A stretch of DNA of 24,000 bases from Pseudomonas indica NBRC 103045. GTDB lineage: Bacteria; Pseudomonadota; Gammaproteobacteria; Pseudomonadales; Pseudomonadaceae. The stretch spans positions 245,606 through 269,605 of the forward strand of contig NZ_BDAC01000005.1 in assembly GCF_002091635.1 (NCBI RefSeq). The letters run 5' to 3'. Positions 16,745 through 24,000 of the stretch are shown one piece after another; positions within the stretch are counted from its first letter, which is position 1; each line of letters begins with the position of its first letter. Below the pieces are notes generated by a model. It had not been told where the DNA came from. It saw only the letters and a program-made list of their open reading frames with translations, and made no database searches. The position numbers and the translations under genes are program-made.

Positions 16745-18298
16745 ATGAGCCAAGCCGCTGCGAAGGTCTATGGGGAAAGGAACAGGGTTGAAGGGACCGT
16801 TTCAACGGCGGCGAACACACCGATTCTGCAAATACACCGGTCGACGACGCCCAGGCGCAAGGTGCTCTTCGTCACCTCGGAACTGGCCGACCTGATCAAG
16901 ACCGGCGGCCTGGGCGACGTTTCCGCCGCCCTGCCCCGCGCCCTGCGCGACCACCAGCACGACGTGCGCGTGCTGCTGCCGGGCTATCCGCAGGTGGTCG
17001 ATGCCGGCTACCCCATCCAGGTGGTCGGCCAGATCGCCGGCCATGCCGCGCTGCCGGCCTGCCGCCTCGGCCGGCTGGAGCTGGAAGACGGCCTGATCGT
17101 CTATGTGCTGCTCTGCCCCGAACTCTACGAACGCCCCGGCAACCCCTACGTCGATTCGCAGGGGCGCGACTGGGCAGACAACCACATCCGCTTCGCCCGC
17201 CTCAGCCTGGCCGGCGCCGACCTCGCGGCCGGGCTGGCGGGCATCGGCTGGTGCCCGGACCTGGTCCACGCCCACGACTGGCCCGCCGCCCTGACCCCGG
17301 CCTACATGCGCTGGCGCGGGCAAACCACGCCGAGCGTGTTCACCATCCACAACCTCGCCTACCAGGGCCTGCTCGGCACCGATTGCCGGCCGGAACTGGC
17401 GATCCCCGAGGAAGCCTGCCGCCCCGAGGGCATGGAATTCCACGGCCAGCTTTCGCTGCTCAAGGCCGGTATCGCCTACGCCAGCCATGTGACCACGGTG
17501 AGCGCCACCTACGCCCGCGAGATCACCACCGCCGAGTTCGGCTGCGGCATGCAGGGCTTCCTCGCCAGCAAGGCGCGCCAGGGCCTGCTCAGCGGCATCC
17601 CCAACGGCATCGACGAGAGCTGGGATCCGCGCACCGACCCGCATCTGGTCAGCCCCTTCGACAGCAGCGACTGGAGTGGCAAGGCGCGTAACGCCGAGCA
17701 CGTGCGCCGCCTGTTCGGCCTGGAGCCGTCGTCCGGCCCGCTGTTCGCCGTGGTCTCGCGTCTGGTGCACCAGAAGGGCCTCGACCTGACCCAGGCGGTG
17801 GCCGCGGACATCGTCGCGGCGGGCGGCCAGATCGCCATGCTCGGCTGCGGCGAACCGCAGGTGGAAGAGGAATTGCGCCAGCTCGCCCGGCGTCATCCGG
17901 GGCGGATCGCCGTACACGTCGGCTTCAACGAGACCGATGCACGACGCCTCTACGCCGGCAGCGACTTCCTGCTCATGCCCTCGCGCTACGAGCCCTGCGG
18001 CCTGAGCCAGATGTACGCGCAGCGCTTCGGCTCGCTGCCCATCGCCCACCGTACCGGCGGCCTGGCGGACACCATCGAGGACGGCGTCAGCGGCTTCCTC
18101 TTCGCCCAGGCCAGCGTCGACAGCTATCGCGCCGCCGTCGAGCGCGCCCTGCGTGTCTACGCCATGCCGGCGCTGTTCGGCGCCATGCGCTGCCGGGCGA
18201 TGTCCGCGCCGTTCTTCTGGCGGCAATCGGTGGCGCCCTACCTGCGTCTCTACCAGCGACTGGCGCCGGAACGCGCGGACGTCGCCCTGGCGGTCTGA
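16745..18298 (+). CDS. glgA: Glycogen/alpha-glucan synthase (GT5)
   Basis: 517-aa ORF with an SD (ggagg) 7 nt upstream. The GlgA signature KVLFVTSELADLIKTGGLGDV follows an N-terminal extension of about 38 aa. The C-terminal block is SDFLLMPSRYEPCGLSQMYAQRFGSLPIAHRTGGLADTI. Confidence 0.9.
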   Translation: MSQAAAKVYGERNRVEGTVSTAANTPILQIHRSTTPRRKVLFVTSELADLIKTGGLGDVSAALPRALRDHQHDVRVLLPGYPQVVDAGYPIQVVGQIAGHAALPACRLGRLELEDGLIVYVLLCPELYERPGNPYVDSQGRDWADNHIRFARLSLAGADLAAGLAGIGWCPDLVHAHDWPAALTPAYMRWRGQTTPSVFTIHNLAYQGLLGTDCRPELAIPEEACRPEGMEFHGQLSLLKAGIAYASHVTTVSATYAREITTAEFGCGMQGFLASKARQGLLSGIPNGIDESWDPRTDPHLVSPFDSSDWSGKARNAEHVRRLFGLEPSSGPLFAVVSRLVHQKGLDLTQAVAADIVAAGGQIAMLGCGEPQVEEELRQLARRHPGRIAVHVGFNETDARRLYAGSDFLLMPSRYEPCGLSQMYAQRFGSLPIAHRTGGLADTIEDGVSGFLFAQASVDSYRAAVERALRVYAMPALFGAMRCRAMSAPFFWRQSVAPYLRLYQRLAPERADVALAV

Positions 18299-18306
18299 AG
18301 GGGGAT

Positions 18307-20082
18307 ATGTCCGTGCATTTCACCCACACCTGCCGCCACGGCGCCACGCCGATCAACGCCACGCACACCCGTTTCGCCCTCTGGGCACCGGATGCGCGCC
18401 AGGTCAGCGTGCGCATCGTCGGCGGCGACAGCCACCCGATGCGCGCCGAAGCCGATGGCTGGTTCGTGCTGGAGGCACCCTACGGCGCCGGCACCCTGTA
18501 CCGCTACCAGATCGACGGCGACCTGCAGGTACCGGACCCGGCCTCCCGCGCCCAGGCCGGCGATATCCTCGCGCCGAGCATCGTGGTCGATCCGTACGCC
18601 TACGGCTGGCGCCACGAAACCTGGCGCGGCCGGCCCTGGCACGAAACCGTGCTCTACGAACTGCACGCCGGGCTGCTCGGCGGCTTCACCGGCGTCGAGG
18701 CCGAGCTGCCGCGGTTGGCCGAGCTGGGCATCACCGCCATCGAACTGATGCCCGTCGCGGAGTTCCCCGGCGAACGCAACTGGGGCTACGACGGCGTACT
18801 GCCCTATGCGCCGGAGGCCGCCTACGGCCCACCGGAGGCGCTCAAGCGCCTGGTCGATACCGCCCACGGCCTGGGCCTGATGGTGTTCCTCGACGTGGTC
18901 TACAACCACTTCGGCCCGGACGGCAACTTCCTCGGCCAGTACGCCGGTGCCTTCTTCCGCGAGGATCGCCACACACCCTGGGGAGCCGCCATCGATTTCC
19001 GCCGCCGCGAGGTGCGCGACTTCTTCATCGACAACGCCCTGATGTGGGTGCAGGACTACCGCATCGATGGCCTGCGCCTGGATGCCGTGCATGCCATCGA
19101 CGACGAAAGCTTCCTCTGCGAACTGGCCCAGCGCGTGCGGGCGGCGGTGGAGCCTGACCGCTACGTACACCTGGTGCTGGAGAACGAGCACAACAGCGCC
19201 CACCTGCTGGAGCAGGGTTACGACGCCCAATGGAACGATGACGGGCATAACGTCCTGCACGTGCTGCTCACCGGCGAACGGGAAAGCTACTACGCCAACT
19301 ACTGCCAGAACCCGACCGGCAAGCTCGCCCGCTGCCTCGCCGAAGGCTTCGTCTACCAGGGCGAACCGAACCGCCACGGCACGCCGCGCGGCGAACCCAG
19401 CGCGCACCTGGAGCCGGTATCGTTCGTGCTGTTCCTGCAGAACCACGACCAGATCGGCAACCGCGCGTTCGGCGAGCGCCTGATCAGCCTCTGCGACCCC
19501 GAGGCGCTGCGCGCTGCCACCACCCTGTTGCTGCTCTCGCCCATGGTGCCGCTGCTGTTCATGGGCGAGGAATGGGGCGCGCGCCAGCCGTTCCTGTTCT
19601 TCACCAGCCACCACGGCGAACTGGCCGATGCGGTACGCGAGGGCCGGCGCAACGAGTTCCGCGATTTCGCCGCCTTCGCCGACGCCGAAACCCGCGCCCA
19701 AATTCCCGATCCCAACGCCGAGAGCACCTTCGCCGCCTCGCGTCCGGACCGTCATGCCCTCGCCGAGCCGGGCCACGCCGAATGGCTGGCGCTGTATCGC
19801 GAGCTGCTGGATATCCGCCAGCGCGTCCTGTTTCCACGCCTGCCCGGTTGCCGGGCGCTCGGCGCCGAGGTGCTCGGCGAAAGCGCCGTGACGGCCTGCT
19901 GGCGACTCGGCGACGGCAGCCGCCTGCGGATCGAACTCAACCTCGGCGCGCAGGCTGTCGACGTTCCCGGCGAAACGCCCGGCGCCGCGTTGCTCCAGAG
20001 CCGGCCGGGTGGCTTCGACGAACGCCGCCTGGGACGCCTGCCGGCTCGCCTGGCCCTGGTCTACTTCGAGGAGGCCCCATGA
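18307..20082 (+). CDS. treZ: Malto-oligosyltrehalose trehalohydrolase (GH13)
   Basis: 591-aa ORF with GH13 conserved regions (VFLDVVYNHFG, IDGLRLDAVHAI, HLVLENEH, FLQNHDQIGNR). The domain layout is TreZ-like and the gene sits beside treY. Confidence 0.9.
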   Translation: MSVHFTHTCRHGATPINATHTRFALWAPDARQVSVRIVGGDSHPMRAEADGWFVLEAPYGAGTLYRYQIDGDLQVPDPASRAQAGDILAPSIVVDPYAYGWRHETWRGRPWHETVLYELHAGLLGGFTGVEAELPRLAELGITAIELMPVAEFPGERNWGYDGVLPYAPEAAYGPPEALKRLVDTAHGLGLMVFLDVVYNHFGPDGNFLGQYAGAFFREDRHTPWGAAIDFRRREVRDFFIDNALMWVQDYRIDGLRLDAVHAIDDESFLCELAQRVRAAVEPDRYVHLVLENEHNSAHLLEQGYDAQWNDDGHNVLHVLLTGERESYYANYCQNPTGKLARCLAEGFVYQGEPNRHGTPRGEPSAHLEPVSFVLFLQNHDQIGNRAFGERLISLCDPEALRAATTLLLLSPMVPLLFMGEEWGARQPFLFFTSHHGELADAVREGRRNEFRDFAAFADAETRAQIPDPNAESTFAASRPDRHALAEPGHAEWLALYRELLDIRQRVLFPRLPGCRALGAEVLGESAVTACWRLGDGSRLRIELNLGAQAVDVPGETPGAALLQSRPGGFDERRLGRLPARLALVYFEEAP

Positions 20083-22151
20083 GCGATCAGCGTCTCTTTG
20101 CCCTTGCGCAGGCCGCCGGTCTCTCCATCGACTGGGTGGATGCCGACGGCCGACCGCAACAAGCCACCCCGGAAGTCCTGCGTGTGGTGCTCGCCGGGCT
20201 CGGCCACGCGGCCGGCAGCCCGGCCCAGGTCGAGGAGAGCCTGCGCGAACTGGAGCAGCTCGACGACCGCGCCAGCCTGCCGCCGCTGCTCACCCTGGAC
20301 CAGGGGCAGCCGCTCGACCTGTCGCGTCATTTCGCGCCCGGTGCGGCGTTCGAGTTGCTCCAGGAAGACGGCAGCCGGATCGACGCCCGCCTGGACGACC
20401 AGGGCCGTCTCCCCGCCTTCGCCGGCATCGGCTACCACCACCTGCGGATCGCCGACCGCGAACTGACCCTGGCGGTGGCCCCGTCGCGCTGCCACTCGCT
20501 GCGCGACGCCCTGCAGAGCGACCGGCCGAACGCCTGGGGCCTCGGCGTGCAGCTCTATGCCCTGCGCCGCAATGGCGACGGCGGCATCGGCGACACCCAG
20601 GCGCTGGAGACCCTGGCGCACTCCGCCGCCGCCCACGGCGCCGACGCCCTGGCGATCAGCCCGTTGCACGCCATGTTCAGCGCCGACACCTACCGTTTCA
20701 GCCCCTACTCGCCCTCCAGCCGGCTGTTCTTCAACGTCCTGCACAGCGCGCCCGGCAGCATCCTCGGTGAGTACTCCCTGCGCCAGGCCATCGAGGCCGC
20801 CGGGCTGGCCGACGAACTGCGCCGGCTGGAAGCGCTCGACCTGATCGACTGGCCCGCCGCCGCCCAGGCCAAGCTGCGCCTGCTGCGCACCCTGTACGAC
20901 GAGTTCCGTCGCGGTGGCCACCCGCTCCACGAAGACTTCGCCAGCTTCCGCCATGCCGGCGGCGAGGCGCTGGAGAACCACTGCCGCTTCGAAGCGCTGC
21001 ACGCCTTCCATGCCCGCGACGGTGTGCCGCGCGACTGGCACCAGTGGCCGGATGCCTATCGCGATCCACGCAACCCGGCGGTGGCGCGGTTCGCCGCCGA
21101 GCACGCGGACGAGGTCGCCTTCCACGCCTTCGCCCAATGGCTGGTGGCGCGCGGACTCGAACGAACCCAGACGGCAGCGCGCACGGCGGGCATGCGCGTC
21201 GGCCTGATCGCCGACCTGGCGGTGGGCGCCGACGGCGGCGGCAGCCAGGCCTGGAGCCGCCAGGCCGAACTGCTGTCGGCGCTGACCGTCGGCGCGCCGC
21301 CGGACATTCTCAACCGCGCCGGACAGAGCTGGGGCATTTCCGCGTTCTCGCCGGAAGGGCTGAAGCGCCACGGTTTCCACGCCTTTATCGAAATGATCCG
21401 CGCCAACCTGGCCCATGCCGGCGGCCTCCGCATCGACCACGTGATGGGGCTCAAGCGCCTGTGGGTGATGCCGGCCGGCGCCGGGCCCGAAGCCGGCGCC
21501 TACCTGAGCTACCCGCTGCAGGACCTGTTGCGCCTGCTCTGCCTGGAATCCTGGCGGCACAAGGCGGTGATCCTCGGGGAAGACCTCGGCACCGTACCGG
21601 AAGGCTTCCGCGAGCACCTCATCGCCCGCGACATCCTCGGCATCCGCGTGCTGCTGTTCGAGCACGACTGGGGCTGGCGCTTCCGGCCGCCGCAGGTCTG
21701 GCCGGACAACGCGCTGGCCACCACCACCACCCACGACCTGCCGACCCTGCATGGCTGGTGGATCGGTCGCGATCTCGACTGGCTCGGCCGCCTCGGCCAG
21801 CTCGACGAAGCCGGCCTGCACGCGGCCCGCGCCTCCCGCGCCCAGGAGCGCGAGGGCTTGGCGCGCGCCCTGGCCGCCGATGCCGGCGCGGAGCCGGACC
21901 AGCCGATCGACGGCGACACCCTGCTCGACCGCAGCGCCGCCTTCATCGGCCATACCCCCGCGCCGCTGGTGCTGCTGCCGATGGAAGACGCCCTCGGCCT
22001 GGTCGAACAGCCGAACCTACCCGGCACCGTGGACAGCCACCCCAACTGGCGTCGTCGCTGGCCGGGCGATTGCCACCACCTGCTCGAAGCCGAAGGCCCG
22101 GCGCGCCGCCTGCACCTGCTCGACCAGGCCCGCAAACGGAACCCGTCATGA
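20079..22151 (+). CDS. malQ: 4-alpha-glucanotransferase (amylomaltase, GH77)
   Basis: ATG 20079 overlaps the treZ stop (ATGA). The product is about 690 aa and starts MSDQRLFALAQAAGLSIDWVDADG. GH77 blocks are present (WGLGVQLYALR, ISPLHAMF, SPYSPSSRLFFN, LRIDHVMGLKRLW, ILGEDLGTVPEG, TTTHDLPTL). Confidence 0.9.
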   Translation: MSDQRLFALAQAAGLSIDWVDADGRPQQATPEVLRVVLAGLGHAAGSPAQVEESLRELEQLDDRASLPPLLTLDQGQPLDLSRHFAPGAAFELLQEDGSRIDARLDDQGRLPAFAGIGYHHLRIADRELTLAVAPSRCHSLRDALQSDRPNAWGLGVQLYALRRNGDGGIGDTQALETLAHSAAAHGADALAISPLHAMFSADTYRFSPYSPSSRLFFNVLHSAPGSILGEYSLRQAIEAAGLADELRRLEALDLIDWPAAAQAKLRLLRTLYDEFRRGGHPLHEDFASFRHAGGEALENHCRFEALHAFHARDGVPRDWHQWPDAYRDPRNPAVARFAAEHADEVAFHAFAQWLVARGLERTQTAARTAGMRVGLIADLAVGADGGGSQAWSRQAELLSALTVGAPPDILNRAGQSWGISAFSPEGLKRHGFHAFIEMIRANLAHAGGLRIDHVMGLKRLWVMPAGAGPEAGAYLSYPLQDLLRLLCLESWRHKAVILGEDLGTVPEGFREHLIARDILGIRVLLFEHDWGWRFRPPQVWPDNALATTTTHDLPTLHGWWIGRDLDWLGRLGQLDEAGLHAARASRAQEREGLARALAADAGAEPDQPIDGDTLLDRSAAFIGHTPAPLVLLPMEDALGLVEQPNLPGTVDSHPNWRRRWPGDCHHLLEAEGPARRLHLLDQARKRNPS

Positions 22152-24000
22152 CGACGTTACGCGCCACCCTCCGCCTGCAGTTCCACCGGGGTTTCACCCT
22201 CGACGACGCCTGCGCCCAGGTCGAATACTTCGCCAGTCTCGGCATCAGCCACCTGTATGCCTCGCCGTTGCTGACCGCGCGGCCGGGTTCGATGCACGGC
22301 TACGACGTGGTCGACCCGACCCGGATCAACCCCGAACTGGGCGGCGAAGAAGCGCTTCGTCGGCTGGTCGCCACATTGCGCCGGCACGGCATGGGGCTGA
22401 TCCTCGACATCGTGTCCAACCACATGGCGGTCGGCGGCTCGGCCAACCCCTGGTGGCTCGACGTGCTGGAATGGGGTCGGCGCAGCCCGTACGCGCAGTT
22501 CTTCGACATCCAGTGGCACTCCCCCGATCCGCTGCTGGAGGGCCAACTGCTGGTGCCCTTCCTGCGCAGCGACTACGGCGAAGTGCTGCACAGCGGCGAG
22601 CTGCCCCTGCGCTTCGATGCCGAACATGGCAGCTTCCATGTCGAACATTACGAACATCGCTTCCCGATCAACCCGCTCGGCTACGGCGAGCTGCTCGGCG
22701 CCGCCGAACACCCGGCGCTGACCGAGCTGGCGGCCCGCTGCAAGGCCCTGGCGCACGAACCCAATCCCTATCGGGAAGCCGCCGCGATCAAGCGCGAACT
22801 GGCCCGGCTCGCCAGCGCCCCCGAGGTGGCCGCCGCGCTGGAGCGGGTGACGGAACGCTACGATGGCCGCCGCGAAGACGGCATGCGCCGCCTGCACGAC
22901 CTGCTCGAGCGCCAGCACTACCGCCTGGCGAGCTGGCGCACCGCGGCGGACGACATCAACTGGCGGCGCTTCTTCGACATCAACGAACTCGGCGGCCTGC
23001 GGGTGGAACGCCCGGTGGTGTTCGAGGAGACCCACGCGAAGATTTTCGAGCTGATCGGCGAAGGGCTGATCGACGGCCTGCGCATCGACCACATCGACGG
23101 TCTCGCCGATCCGCACGGCTACTGTCGCCGCCTGCGCCGGCGGGTCGACCGGCTGCTCGGGGCGCGGCCGCCGGAAGCGGCGGTGGCGCACTTCCCGATC
23201 TATGTCGAGAAGATCCTCGGCCAGGGCGAACGGCTGCGCATCGACTGGGGCGTGGACGGCACCACCGGCTACGAATTCATGAACGAGGTCTCGCTGCTGC
23301 AACACGACCCGGCCGGCCAGCCCTTGCTCTGCAACCTGTGGAACAGCGTCAGCGGACGCCCCGCCGACTTCCTCGAAGAAGCCCGACAGGCCCGCCAACT
23401 GGTGCTCACCGGCCCCCTCGCCGGCGACTTCGAGAACACCGCCCAGGCCCTGCTGCAAGTGGCGCGCGGCGACCTCATGACCCGCGACATCACCCTCGGC
23501 GCGATCCGCCGCGCCCTGCTCGAACTCATCGTGCACTTCCCGGTATACCGCGTGTATATCGGCGGCGCCGGCCGTTCCAGCATGGACGAGCCCTTCTTCC
23601 AGCAGGCCCTGGAAGGCGCCCGCACCACCCTCGGCGAAGCCGACTGGCCGCTGCTCGACCACCTGCAGCGCTGGCTCGGCGGCGAAAGCCTGCGCCGGCT
23701 GCCACCGGGTCCGTTGCGCCGTGCCCGCCGGCAGGCCTGCGTGCGCTTCCAGCAACTCACCTCGCCGGCGGCCGCCAAGGCCGTGGAAGACACCGCCTGC
23801 TACCGCTCCGGGGTGCTGCTGTCGCGCAACGACGTCGGCTTCGACGTGCATCGCTTCAGCGCGCCGCCGGAAGCCTTCCACGACGCCTGCCAACGCCGGC
23901 ACGAGACATTCCCGCGCAACCTGCTGGCCACCGCCACCCACGACCACAAGCGCGGCGAAGACACCCGGGCGCGCCTGGCGGTGCTCAGCGAACGAGCCGA
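22148..24000 (+). CDS. treY: Malto-oligosyltrehalose synthase (GH13), 5' partial; continues beyond the window
   Basis: ATG 22148 overlaps the malQ stop (ATGA). My own translation gives MTTLRATLRLQFHRGFTLDDACAQVEYFASLGISHLYASPLLTARPGSMHGYDVVDPTRINPELGG...GLILDIVSNHMAVGG...IDGLRIDHIDGL. The frame stays open to position 24000, so it is absent from the stop-bounded ORF track. Confidence 0.85.
   Translation, partial: MTTLRATLRLQFHRGFTLDDACAQVEYFASLGISHLYASPLLTARPGSMHGYDVVDPTRINPELGGEEALRRLVATLRRHGMGLILDIVSNHMAVGGSANPWWLDVLEWGRRSPYAQFFDIQWHSPDPLLEGQLLVPFLRSDYGEVLHSGELPLRFDAEHGSFHVEHYEHRFPINPLGYGELLGAAEHPALTELAARCKALAHEPNPYREAAAIKRELARLASAPEVAAALERVTERYDGRREDGMRRLHDLLERQHYRLASWRTAADDINWRRFFDINELGGLRVERPVVFEETHAKIFELIGEGLIDGLRIDHIDGLADPHGYCRRLRRRVDRLLGARPPEAAVAHFPIYVEKILGQGERLRIDWGVDGTTGYEFMNEVSLLQHDPAGQPLLCNLWNSVSGRPADFLEEARQARQLVLTGPLAGDFENTAQALLQVARGDLMTRDITLGAIRRALLELIVHFPVYRVYIGGAGRSSMDEPFFQQALEGARTTLGEADWPLLDHLQRWLGGESLRRLPPGPLRRARRQACVRFQQLTSPAAAKAVEDTACYRSGVLLSRNDVGFDVHRFSAPPEAFHDACQRRHETFPRNLLATATHDHKRGEDTRARLAVLSERA

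Overview
This is a high-GC, densely coding chromosomal window that looks like the Pseudomonas aeruginosa group. I see no transposase, integrase, phage, CRISPR or recognisable defence genes, and no rRNA or tRNA.

Gene order:
- A mexT-like LysR activator whose reading frame is broken by 1 nt.
- An intact mexE-mexF-oprN RND efflux operon with a rho-independent terminator.
- A REP-element cluster.
- A consensus sigma-54 promoter driving a dctP-type TRAP solute-binding gene that has no dctQM partners.
- On the minus strand, cioA-cioB (cyanide-insensitive, bd-type quinol oxidase) followed by a translationally coupled 36-codon membrane ORF.
- A hemerythrin-domain gene and two ferritin-like (ExxH di-iron motif) genes.
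- A second REP cluster.
- An MscS-family channel, convergent with a CinA/PncC-like gene.
- glgA-treZ-malQ-treY (alpha-glucan/trehalose operon); treY runs off the 3' end of the window.

I found no convincing evidence of a wholly new system. The points most worth a second look are the split mexT next to an intact pump, the unannotated small ORF coupled to cioB, the uncharacterised hemerythrin plus two ferritin-like trio next to the osmoprotection genes, the orphan sigma-54 dctP, and the REP clusters that sit at the junctions of the gene blocks. The many long ORFs antisense to real genes are high-GC shadow ORFs.
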